From contig JAFATB010000018.1 of NCBI GenBank assembly GCA_019244185.1, forward strand, positions 64,001 to 128,000: 64,000 nucleotides of DNA. Direction: 5' to 3'. Numbering within the stretch: position 1 is the first letter of the stretch; each line of letters begins with the position of its first letter. A program made the translations under genes and the position numbers. Shown piece by piece: positions 13,473 to 22,382 of this stretch. The notes beneath the pieces were generated by a model that was not told the DNA's origin, made no database searches, and worked only from the letters and a program-made list of their open reading frames with translations. The DNA comes from Acidobacteriota bacterium (GTDB taxonomy: Bacteria; Acidobacteriota; Thermoanaerobaculia; Gp7-AA8).

Positions 13473-14903
13473 CTACGGCGCGAAATATCCTTTGATCGTT
13501 CGCGCGGTGAGCTTCGGCGAGTCGAGCACCACGCGGACGCGGCGCCACTCGTTCGACTTCGACAGATCGGAGACCTGATACGTGATCGCAAACTGCGCGC
13601 GCAGGTCCTTTTCGATCTCGTTGTATTTGGCCATGAGGTTCTGCTCGGTGGCGATGGCGACGAAGCCGCCGGTCTCGCCGGCGAGGTAGCGCAGGCGATC
13701 GAGGTCGCGCGCGTCGCTCTCGCCGCCGCTCTCGTACGCGATGAAGTAGATCGGAATGCCCGCTTCGCGTGCGGTCTGCTGGATGTCGTCGTACGTGTAG
13801 TTCGACGAGTTGTCGCTGCCGTCGGTGAGGATCACGATCGCGCGGCGGTTCTTCTCGTCGTGCAGCTCGCGGATCGCGCTCATGACGCCGTCGTACAGCG
13901 CCGTGCGTCCCAGCGGCCGGATGCCTTCGAGCGCTTTGGCGACCTGCGCGCGGTCGTCGGTGAGCGCCTGCTTGCGGCGCGGCACGTCCTGCACGGCGGT
14001 CACGCTGCAGCGGTCGCCCGCTTTGAGCGAGCGCGCCACGAACTCCGCGGCCGCTTTCTCCGCGTGGTCCATCGAGTAGGTCATGCTCGCGGACGCGTCG
14101 AGCAGCAGCGCGATCGAAATCGGCTGATCGAACGCCTTGCCGAACTCGATGATCTTCGCTTCCGATTCGTTGTCGAGGATGCGGAAGTGCGAGGCGTCGA
14201 CGTCGTCGCGCGTCTGCCCGTTGCGGTCGACGACGGAGACGAAGATCGGCACCGTGCGCACCTGCAGCTCTTCCGCGTGGACGTTGCCCGCGGGCGACCA
14301 GAAGTCCGCCGCTTCTTCTCCCGACTTCGTTTTCGCGGTGACCTGCACCAGTCCCGCCGCCAACATCCCCTCGGGGATCGTGAAGCGATACGGCTCACTC
14401 GTCGCCGTCTGCGCGACGCGGCCGTTGTCCCACAGCTGCACGCTCACGATCGGATCGTCTTTCGGCGCGGTGACCGCCGCCTCGAACACGCGCGCGGCGA
14501 GATCGACCGGCTGCACTTTCAGCGTCAGAGGAAGGTTGCCGCGGTTGATCGTCTGCTGCCACTGCGCGCGCTTGCCGCCCGCGCCGCGCACGACGACGCC
14601 GATGCGGTGCTGGATCGCGATCGGACCGAAGTCGACGGCCACGTGATACGGCGAGAGCAGGCTGTCGGCGACTTTCTGGCCGTCGACCGTCACCGTGACT
14701 TTGGCGTTGTCGAGACCGGGGTCGACGGCGAGGTCGACGATGCCGCTGTATTCGCCCGCGAGCTCGTGCTCGCTGTTGCGCGCGAGAACGAGCTGCGTGG
14801 CGGCGGCGCGGGTGGCGGTGGCGAGGAGGAGGAGCGCGAGGAAGGCGAGCAGCGTCGTGTCAGGGCGCGGACGGGGTGGGGGGACTTCCGTGGGTTGCTT
14901 CAT
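13473..14903 (-). CDS. Exported VWA-domain protein (acidobacterial VWFA-like) with N-terminal Ig-like region
   Basis: MIDAS DASAS, TALYD, LTDG; LRAQF.I.Y...EWRRVRV C-terminus. Confidence 0.85.
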   Translation of the reverse strand: MKQPTEVPPPRPRPDTTLLAFLALLLLATATRAAATQLVLARNSEHELAGEYSGIVDLAVDPGLDNAKVTVTVDGQKVADSLLSPYHVAVDFGPIAIQHRIGVVVRGAGGKRAQWQQTINRGNLPLTLKVQPVDLAARVFEAAVTAPKDDPIVSVQLWDNGRVAQTATSEPYRFTIPEGMLAAGLVQVTAKTKSGEEAADFWSPAGNVHAEELQVRTVPIFVSVVDRNGQTRDDVDASHFRILDNESEAKIIEFGKAFDQPISIALLLDASASMTYSMDHAEKAAAEFVARSLKAGDRCSVTAVQDVPRRKQALTDDRAQVAKALEGIRPLGRTALYDGVMSAIRELHDEKNRRAIVILTDGSDNSSNYTYDDIQQTAREAGIPIYFIAYESGGESDARDLDRLRYLAGETGGFVAIATEQNLMAKYNEIEKDLRAQFAITYQVSDLSKSNEWRRVRVVLDSPKLTARTIKGYFAP

Positions 14904-17025
14904 AAATCCGCCGATATTCAAAACGGTTCCGGGTAACCGTCTTCACATAGAGTCGTGTCTCCGCATAAGGAATCGTTTCGATGAATCGGTCGATGTCATC
15001 GGCGGGCGTCATCTCAAGCCATGTGCCAACGGCCTGTTCGCCCGCGTTGTAGGCGGCGATGGCGAGGATGGGGTTGCTACGCATGCGCGCGAGTTTCTGC
15101 GCGTACTCGGCCGCGCCGACGGCGATGTTCGTCGCGGGATCGAAGAGCTGCTCGCGCGAGACCGTTTCCGCGACGCCGGCCGCGCTCGCGATTTGCGTCG
15201 CTTCCTCCGGCATGATCTGCATGAGGCCGACCGCGCCGGCGTTCGACACCGTCGACGGCTCGAACCCGCTCTCCTGGCGGATGATCGACGCGACGAGATA
15301 CGGATCGACGCCGCGCTTCTCCGCTTCGGCGCGGATCGCATCAAAGTACGCGAGCGGGAAGAGGATCTCCCAGAAGCGCTGCGGGATGTTCGTGCCGCCG
15401 TGGCGCACGAAGTTGCGGAAGCGGCGCTGCAGCACGGAGTTCGCCTTGAACGGCTCGCCGCCGCTGACGTAGACGTCCGCGAGCAGGAACGCGACCGCGG
15501 GATTGTCGTCGTATTTCGCCGCGAGCAGTTTCATCTCCCGCGCGGCGCTGCGCGTGAGCTCGAGCTCGAGCAGTTCGTCGACGGCCCCGAAGCGTGGATC
15601 GCTCAGCGTCGAGAGCTGCGCGTCGATGTCGGGAAACGCGGCGGTCGAAGCCATCGGCGTGTTGCGCACCGACGGCCAGAGCTCTTTCGCGCGATACGCG
15701 TAGTAGCTGAACGGATACTCGGCGACGATCTGCGCCGCCTTCGCATCGCGGCGCGCGGCATCGCCGGCGCGGTCGTAGAGCTTCGCCGACCAGAAGAGCG
15801 AGTTCGTCTTCCAGTCGCCGTCGGGATATTGCGCGATGTAGCGGTCGAACGTCCGCAGCGCGTCGTCCGTTTTGCCGGCGAGGAGATACGTCCAGCCGAG
15901 GTTCCAGATGTTCTCGCCGTCGCTGCCGGTGGCGCCGCCTGCGATCGCGGCGTCGAGGTCGGCGATCGCGCGCGTGTAGTCGATCTGATCGGTGATGAAG
16001 AACTTCGCGCGCTGCACTTTCGCGTCGAGAGTCTCGCGGCTGGTGGGGAAGTCCTTCTCCAGCTTGGCGATGCCGGCGAGAAACTCCTGCGGCTGACCCG
16101 CGCGCCACGCGGCGCGCGCGCGGAGGAGGATCAGCGCGGGATCGCCGAGATCGGCGTACGTCGTCTCCTGCAGCAGCTGCGTGTAATGCCGCGAGTTGAA
16201 GAGGGCCCGCATGCGCGCGCCGCGCGCCTCGGGCGCGCCGGGCGTGCGGTTGTACAGCTCGAGCGCCTCGTCGTAGTGATCCGTGCGCGCGAGCTTGCCC
16301 GCGAGCGCGAGCTGATCCGCTGGCGGAAGCTGCGCGATCGACGTGCGCAGCGCGGCGTACGTCTGCTCCGTGTAGCGCCCCTGCGTGTAGTCGTTGAGGA
16401 GGCGCATGCGCAGCGTCGTGGCGAGATCGGCGCGATCCGCTTTCGCGAGCGCGGTCGCGAGCGCGACGAAGTCGCCTTCGGTGAGCTCGTCGATCGGTAC
16501 CTGCATCGCCTGCGCGAACGCGGCATCGGTCGCCGCGCGGTCGCTCTGTTGCGCGTAGAGCGCGGGCAAACGCAGGCGCGCGACCGTTGCCGCCGACGTC
16601 TCGCCGAGCGCGACGAGCTGCGATGCGACGGAAACCGCGCGTGCGAGATCGTTCGTCGCCACCGCCGCGTCGATCGTGCGCAGGCGCAGGAACGGCGCGA
16701 CGATCGGGTTCGCCTCCGCCGCCTTATCGAGCAGCGGCAGCGCTTCCGCGTAGCGTTTCTCCTCGACGAGCGACAGCGCGTGCAGCGCGAGCGCGCGTCG
16801 CCGCGTCGTTTCATCCGCCGACGTCGACAACGCTTCCAGCGCGGCGTCGTACTTCGCGCGATCGTCGTGCAGCGCGCGCGCGTCCTCGAGCGTCGTCACG
16901 CTCGGCGCGACCACGGCCGGCGGCGCCGCCACCGGCGCGGTCTGCGCGCTCCGCGGTTGCGCGCATCCCCACATCCAACCACCCGCTACGACTGCGGCAA
17001 CGACTGCGGTACGGCCCTGACCCAT
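14860..17025 (-). CDS. Lytic transglycosylase (Slt-like) lipoprotein with TPR region
   Basis: Lipobox-like WGC; IRQES, GLMQIM, AYNAG, ETRLYVK; start placed at MGQGR. Confidence 0.9.
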   Translation of the reverse strand: MGQGRTAVVAAVVAGGWMWGCAQPRSAQTAPVAAPPAVVAPSVTTLEDARALHDDRAKYDAALEALSTSADETTRRRALALHALSLVEEKRYAEALPLLDKAAEANPIVAPFLRLRTIDAAVATNDLARAVSVASQLVALGETSAATVARLRLPALYAQQSDRAATDAAFAQAMQVPIDELTEGDFVALATALAKADRADLATTLRMRLLNDYTQGRYTEQTYAALRTSIAQLPPADQLALAGKLARTDHYDEALELYNRTPGAPEARGARMRALFNSRHYTQLLQETTYADLGDPALILLRARAAWRAGQPQEFLAGIAKLEKDFPTSRETLDAKVQRAKFFITDQIDYTRAIADLDAAIAGGATGSDGENIWNLGWTYLLAGKTDDALRTFDRYIAQYPDGDWKTNSLFWSAKLYDRAGDAARRDAKAAQIVAEYPFSYYAYRAKELWPSVRNTPMASTAAFPDIDAQLSTLSDPRFGAVDELLELELTRSAAREMKLLAAKYDDNPAVAFLLADVYVSGGEPFKANSVLQRRFRNFVRHGGTNIPQRFWEILFPLAYFDAIRAEAEKRGVDPYLVASIIRQESGFEPSTVSNAGAVGLMQIMPEEATQIASAAGVAETVSREQLFDPATNIAVGAAEYAQKLARMRSNPILAIAAYNAGEQAVGTWLEMTPADDIDRFIETIPYAETRLYVKTVTRNRFEYRRIYEATHGSPPTPSAP

Positions 17026-17375
17026 CGCTCCCCCTCGGATTCGAATCCCACGCGCCGGAAGAACTCGCGCGCCTCGCCGGCGTCGTCGACGACGATCGTC
17101 CGCCGGTCCATCTTCGCGGCGAGCTGCTCGAGCTCGCGCAGCATCACGCGCCCGATCCACTTCCGTCGCAGCTCGCGCGCGACGACGATCTGCTCGAGGC
17201 GCATCGCGTCGTCCTCGATGTCGATGCCGATCACCGCGACGACGTCGCCGAGGAGCTTCCCGAGCAGGCCGCATGCCGGAGGCGTGACGCCGGGCGCGTG
17301 ACGCGCGAAGAAGGCGTGCAATGCGTCCGAATCGGACGCTTCGATGGGGCGGACGAAGAGGCGAAGACCGCGCAC
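16986..17375 (-). CDS. GNAT-family acetyltransferase
   Basis: V...LRRKWIGRVML motif A; FFRRVGF. Confidence 0.75.
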   Translation of the reverse strand: MRGLRLFVRPIEASDSDALHAFFARHAPGVTPPACGLLGKLLGDVVAVIGIDIEDDAMRLEQIVVARELRRKWIGRVMLRELEQLAAKMDRRTIVVDDAGEAREFFRRVGFESEGERWVRAVPQSLPQS

Positions 17376-17439
17376 GGGATGGAGTGTAACTGCCGGACTG
17401 GAATGCTCTTACAGCATATTCCAACCAGCAAATAATTTC

Positions 17440-17468
17440 TTGACAAAAATGTTGCGCGCCGCGACACT
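17440..17468 (+). promoter_or_regulatory. Candidate sigma70 promoter of the tyrosine recombinase
   Basis: TTGACA-17 nt-GACACT in an AT-rich patch. Confidence 0.5.
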
Positions 17469-17515
17469 GCCACACGGTTCAGCTCCGGCAAAAATTAGCG
17501 TCCAGGCGAATTACT

Positions 17516-18490
17516 ATGAACGTGCAGCAGGCGATCGCCCAATTCCTCGAACATGGGCAGCAGGTGCGCAATCTGTCCGATCGGACACTGCGCGCATACC
17601 AGTCGGACCTCGCGCAGTTTCACCTGCACATGAACGACACGCCGGCCGTCGAGATCACGCCGGAGCATCTCGAGACCTATCTCGACAAGCTCGGCGGCGG
17701 TCCGTATCGCGACACGTCCATCCGCCGCAAGGTCGCCGCGCTGAAAGTCTTCTTCCGCTATCTCGAAGAGCAGGGCATCGTCAGCGAGTCGCCGGCGCGC
17801 CGCCTCAAGATCCGCAAGCCGATCGAGAGCCGCGTGCCGACGGTGCTGTCGCAGCGTGAAGTGCGCGCGCTCCTCGCCGCGCCGAAGGAGCAGGTCGCCG
17901 AGCTCACCGCGTCGCGCGATCATTCCGCCGGCAGCCGCAACCGCTACTTCTGCGCGGTGCGCGACAACGTCATCCTCGAGCTGCTCTTCTCGACCGGCAT
18001 CCGCATCGGCGAGCTGGTCGCGTTGAACGTCGCCGACGTCGATCTCGATCGCCGGCAGATCCAGATCACCGGACGCGCGACGCGCGGCCGCGCGGTCATG
18101 CTCGCCACCGACGACGTCGTCGGCGCGATCGGCTCGTACCTCGAGCTCCGCTCCGAGCGCAGCCTCGCGACGCCCGCGCTCTTCGTCGGCCGCTCCGGAA
18201 CGCGCCTCACCATCTACTCGATCGAGAACATCTTCAAGAAGCACGTGCGCCTCGCCGAGATCAAGCGCCACGTGACGCCGCACGCGCTGCGCCACACCAT
18301 GGCCGCGATGCTCGTCTCCTCCGGCGCCGACATCAAGGACGTGCAGGAAATCCTCGGCCACGCATCGATTCTCTCGACGCAGGTCTACACGCGCCTCCCC
18401 ATCCAGAAGCGCGCGAAGAGCACGCCGCAGCACATCACGCGCATCGTCGCCGAGGCCGCGGGCACGCGCCTCATGATCAAGAAGCAGTAG
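17516..18490 (+). CDS. XerC/XerD-like tyrosine recombinase
   Basis: N-terminal SAM-like domain; TGIRIGEL, HALRH, ILGH, TQVY. Confidence 0.9.
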   Translation: MNVQQAIAQFLEHGQQVRNLSDRTLRAYQSDLAQFHLHMNDTPAVEITPEHLETYLDKLGGGPYRDTSIRRKVAALKVFFRYLEEQGIVSESPARRLKIRKPIESRVPTVLSQREVRALLAAPKEQVAELTASRDHSAGSRNRYFCAVRDNVILELLFSTGIRIGELVALNVADVDLDRRQIQITGRATRGRAVMLATDDVVGAIGSYLELRSERSLATPALFVGRSGTRLTIYSIENIFKKHVRLAEIKRHVTPHALRHTMAAMLVSSGADIKDVQEILGHASILSTQVYTRLPIQKRAKSTPQHITRIVAEAAGTRLMIKKQ

Positions 18491-18498
18491 CAACCGCG

Positions 18499-18930
18499 CT
18501 ACTGCTTCTTGTCCCGCACGACGACGCCGGTCGCTTCCTCGATCGCGCGCATCACCTTCTGAAAGCCGGCGAGGTCGCGAGGCGACACGCGTTCGCCGAT
18601 GGCCTGCTCGAGCTCTTCGACGAGCGCGTTCACGCGCACGGCGGCTTTGCGGCCGTCTTTCGTCAGCGCGACGAGCAGCGAGCGGCGATCGTTCGGGTTC
18701 TCCTCGCGCGCCACGAGGCCGCGCTCCTCGAGCCGGTCGAGGATGCTCGTCATCGTCGAATGCTTCGCGCCGAAGACGCGCGTGAGCTCCGAGACGGGAC
18801 ACGGTCCGTACGGCACGAGGTAGGTGAGGAGATGCCCTTCGATCGAGGCATGATCGGGCGAACGCTCTTCGAACCAGAGCGCGATCTGGCGGGTGGCGCG
18901 GTGGAGCGGGGAGAGGAAGGTCAGCGGCAT
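18499..18930 (-). CDS. MarR-family transcriptional regulator
   Basis: ILDRLEERGLV.R..NP.DRRS..V.LT..G. Confidence 0.92.
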   Translation of the reverse strand: MPLTFLSPLHRATRQIALWFEERSPDHASIEGHLLTYLVPYGPCPVSELTRVFGAKHSTMTSILDRLEERGLVAREENPNDRRSLLVALTKDGRKAAVRVNALVEELEQAIGERVSPRDLAGFQKVMRAIEEATGVVVRDKKQ

Positions 18931-18931
18931 A

Positions 18932-18973
18932 TTACGAAATCGTAACAACGCGAATTACTACGATATCGTAGTA
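18932..18973. promoter_or_regulatory. Two palindromic operators between divergent marR and dinB
   Basis: TTACGAAATCGTAA (18932-18945) and perfect TACTACGATATCGTAGTA (18956-18973); shared core TACGAwATCGTA. Confidence 0.75.
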
Positions 18974-18983
18974 TAGCAGCATC

Positions 18984-19475
18984 ATGACGAATCAGCTCGC
19001 GGAGACCCTCGCCACGCAATTCAACATGACTGCCTTCATCGCCAACCGCAACCTCGACGGCCTGACGCACGAGGAGTCGCTCGTCGCCGCCGCGCCCGGC
19101 GGCAACAGCACGAACTGGATCCTCGGGCACGTCGTGGCCACGCGGAACGTCGTGCTCTCCGCCGTCGGCCAGCAGCCGGTGTGGGGCGAAGAGGAGCTGC
19201 GCCGCTACCGCCGCGGCAGCGGTCTTCTCGATGTGGACGACGCGCTGCCGCTCGACGACATCCAACGCGCGTTCGCCGAGTCGCAGGAGCGCCTCCTCGC
19301 CGGCATCGCCTCCGTGCCCGCCGACGACTGGGCCAAGCCCGCGCCGTTCAACGTCGGTCCCGTCGCCGAAACGCTCGGCAGTCTGCTCACGAAGATGGCC
19401 ATTCACGAGGGCTATCACCTCGGCCAGACCGGCATTCTGCGGCGCGTCGTCGGCAAGGAAGGCGCGCTCAAGTAG
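18984..19475 (+). CDS. DinB-family (thiol transferase-like) protein
   Basis: NWILGH and HEGYHLGQ histidine triad. Confidence 0.88.
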   Translation: MTNQLAETLATQFNMTAFIANRNLDGLTHEESLVAAAPGGNSTNWILGHVVATRNVVLSAVGQQPVWGEEELRRYRRGSGLLDVDDALPLDDIQRAFAESQERLLAGIASVPADDWAKPAPFNVGPVAETLGSLLTKMAIHEGYHLGQTGILRRVVGKEGALK

Positions 19476-19518
19476 CGCGCGGCGGCAACTTCGCGCCGCA
19501 CGCGCCGTATATCCGCGC

Positions 19519-20424
19519 ATGCTGCGCATCACCGACGTCTCGAAGCGTTTTCGTTCCGGCAACTACGGCGTCCGCGATCTCTCGTTCGAAGTCCGCGGCG
19601 GCGTCCTCGGCCTACTCGGTCCCAACGGCGCCGGCAAGACGACGCTCATGCAGATGATCGCCACGGTGACGAAGCCGACCGCCGGCTCGATCTTTTTCCG
19701 CGACGAGGACGTCGTCGCCAAGCCCGACGCGCTCCGCCGCCGCCTCGGCTATCTGCCGCAGGACTTCGGCGTCTACGACAACCTCACCGCGCTCGAGTTC
19801 CTCAACTACTTCGCCGCGCTCAAAGGCGTGCGCAGCCGCACGAAGATTCAGGAGACGCTCGAGCTCGTGAACCTGCACCAGGTCGCGAACCGCGCCGTCG
19901 GCGGTTTCTCCGGCGGCATGAAGCAGCGCCTCGGCATCGCGCAGGCGCTGATCAACGATCCCGATCTCGTCATCGTCGACGAGCCGACCGCGGGGCTCGA
20001 TCCCGAGGAGCGCGTGCGGTTCCGCAATGTCCTGTCGGATATCGGGATGGGACGGCTGGTGATCCTCTCGACGCACATCGTCTCGGACGTCGAGTCGATC
20101 GCGACGGAGATCGCCATCATGCGCGAGGGCGCGCTGGTCGCGCTCGCGCCGCCGGAAGAGCTGATGCGCCGCGCGAAAGGGAGCGTGTGGGAAGTGGTGG
20201 TGTCGTCGGAGAAGTTCGACGAGCTGCGGCGCACCCTGCACATCTCCAGCGCCGTGCGGAAGTCGAGCGGCGTGCAGGCGCGCATCGTCTCGCCGTTCCC
20301 GCCGGTGCCGCTCGCGACGCCGGTCGAGCCGACGCTCGAAGACGCGTTCCTCTTCACCATGCGCAACGGAGAAGGGCGCAATGGCGCGGCGACCGCGCCG
20401 ACGAACGCGGCGGCGGTCGCATGA
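19519..20424 (+). CDS. ABC transporter ATP-binding protein
   Basis: GPNGAGKT, FSGGM, IVDEP, STH; start at MLRIT. Confidence 0.95.
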   Translation: MLRITDVSKRFRSGNYGVRDLSFEVRGGVLGLLGPNGAGKTTLMQMIATVTKPTAGSIFFRDEDVVAKPDALRRRLGYLPQDFGVYDNLTALEFLNYFAALKGVRSRTKIQETLELVNLHQVANRAVGGFSGGMKQRLGIAQALINDPDLVIVDEPTAGLDPEERVRFRNVLSDIGMGRLVILSTHIVSDVESIATEIAIMREGALVALAPPEELMRRAKGSVWEVVVSSEKFDELRRTLHISSAVRKSSGVQARIVSPFPPVPLATPVEPTLEDAFLFTMRNGEGRNGAATAPTNAAAVA

Positions 20425-22001
20425 GCGAGCGTCTGTCGCGTCTCGCCGCGATCGTGCGCGCGGACTTTCTGATCCGCCTCCGCCGGCCGTCGACGGCGAT
20501 CATCTTCCTGCTGCTCTCCGCGTCCGCGTACCTCTGGGTGCCGGCGCCGTCGACCGGCAAGTGTCTGATCCAGGTCAACGGCCATCGCGCGCTGTACGAC
20601 TCGGCGGCCATCGGCATGGCCACGGCGATGCTCGGCACGATCTTCATCGGCCTGGCCGGCTTCTACGTCGTCTCGAATGCGATCCGCCGCGACGTCTTGT
20701 CGCGCTGCGGCTACGTCATCGCGTCGACCACGATGCGCGGCAGCGAGTATCTCGCCGGCAAGTTCGCGGGCAACGTCGTCTTCCTGACGGTCTTCATGAG
20801 CGGCTTCATGCTCGCGTCGATGTCGATGCTGATCGTGCGCGGCGAGGCGCCGCTCCAGCCGCTCGTGTTCATCACGCAGTACCTGCTGCTCGTGCCGCCG
20901 GTGATCGTGTTCGTCTCGGCGCTGGCGATCCTCTTCGAATGCACGCCGGGGCTGCGCGGCAAGTTCGGCGATGTCGTGTACTTCTTCCTGTGGGCGGGCT
21001 CCGCGGGCGCGGCGGCGAGTCTCATCGACCGTCCTAATCCGCCGGTGTGGCCGCGCTACATCGACTTCACCGGTCTCGGTTTCTCGATGCATCAGCTCGG
21101 CGACACGCTGCACACGCAGTCGGTGTCGATCGGGGCGAGCTCGTTCGATGCGTCGAAACCGACCATCGTCTTCCCGGGACTGCACTTCGAGTGGGCGTGG
21201 GCGGGACCGCGCATCGTGTCGACGCTCGCGCCGATTCTGCTGCTCGTCGTCGCGCGCCTGTTCTTCCACCGCTTCGACCCGGCGCGGTTGCGCGCGGCCG
21301 CGGCGGCGACGAAGCGCACGTGGATCGGACGCTTCAACGCGATGGCCAAGCCGCTCGCGCGTTTCGTGCTCGCGCTGATTCCGCGCGGCGGCTCCGGCTC
21401 GCTCCTCGACGCCGCGCGCGCCGACGCCGTCACGACCGTCGCCGCGTTTCCGCTCGCGATCGTCGGCGTGTTCGGACTGGCCATCGCCGCCCTCGCGTCC
21501 GACGCGCACGGCCTTCTCACCGGCGTCATGCCGCTCGCGTACGCCGCGTGCGCGATCGCGGTGGCGGACATCTCGTGCCGCGAGCAACGCGCGGGCACGT
21601 CCGCGCTCGTCTTCGCCGCGCCGCATCTGCGCCAGCGTTTCGTCGCGTGGAAGTTCCTCACGTCGATGCTCGTCGCCGCCGCGTTCCTCGCGGTTCCGAT
21701 CGTGCGCGCGTCGATCCTACGCCCCGACGCCGCGCTGCCGCTCGTCGTCGGCCTCGCGTTCACCTGCGCCGCCGCGACGCTCCTGGGCATCGTGAGCGCG
21801 AATCCGAAGACGTTCATCGTCGGCTTCCTCACGTTCTGGTACGTCGCGACGCAGGACAAGGGCGCGACCGCCTCGCTCGACTTCGCCGGCTGGTTCGGCA
21901 AGGCCACGCCCGCGGTCATCGCGGCGTACGCGGGACTCGCGATGCTTTGCCTCGCCGCCGCCGCCGCGTATCACGCGCGCGTGTTGCGCGCGCGCTGGTG
22001 A
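20421..22001 (+). CDS. ABC-2-type permease
   Basis: Multi-TM; YLAGKF; ATGA overlap with ATPase stop. Confidence 0.8.
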   Translation: MSERLSRLAAIVRADFLIRLRRPSTAIIFLLLSASAYLWVPAPSTGKCLIQVNGHRALYDSAAIGMATAMLGTIFIGLAGFYVVSNAIRRDVLSRCGYVIASTTMRGSEYLAGKFAGNVVFLTVFMSGFMLASMSMLIVRGEAPLQPLVFITQYLLLVPPVIVFVSALAILFECTPGLRGKFGDVVYFFLWAGSAGAAASLIDRPNPPVWPRYIDFTGLGFSMHQLGDTLHTQSVSIGASSFDASKPTIVFPGLHFEWAWAGPRIVSTLAPILLLVVARLFFHRFDPARLRAAAAATKRTWIGRFNAMAKPLARFVLALIPRGGSGSLLDAARADAVTTVAAFPLAIVGVFGLAIAALASDAHGLLTGVMPLAYAACAIAVADISCREQRAGTSALVFAAPHLRQRFVAWKFLTSMLVAAAFLAVPIVRASILRPDAALPLVVGLAFTCAAATLLGIVSANPKTFIVGFLTFWYVATQDKGATASLDFAGWFGKATPAVIAAYAGLAMLCLAAAAAYHARVLRARW

Positions 22002-22172
22002 TCAGGGGCGGTTCTGCAGGAGATCGCGAATTTGGATCAGCAGCACCACCTGCTGCTTCGAGTAGAACCAGATGCGACCTAACGCCACGAGCGGGTAGAG
22101 AGCGACGATGATTGCGATCACGACGCCGAAGCAACCAAAGCCGGCGAACGTTTGCGCGAACGAGTCGTCCAT
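22002..22172 (-). CDS. Small single-TM hypothetical protein (56 aa)
   Basis: MDDSFAQTFAGFGCFGVVIAIIVALYPLVALGRIW...; SD AAGGAG upstream. Confidence 0.6.
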   Translation of the reverse strand: MDDSFAQTFAGFGCFGVVIAIIVALYPLVALGRIWFYSKQQVVLLIQIRDLLQNRP

Positions 22173-22382
22173 GCGTGATCTCCTTTTTATGCGCGGGAGT
22201 TTCACTGTACGACACGCACTGGCGTGGAAAGTGGCGCTGCTCTCGTCGATGCTCGTCGCCGCCGCGCTCCTCGTTCATCTCGACCGTACGCGCGTCAATC
22301 GTGCGACCCGGCTCCGCGCTGGTGAGCAGTATTAGGTAGGGATTTCCTTCCGGATGAACCTCCTTTAGCGAGGAGGTGCTTC

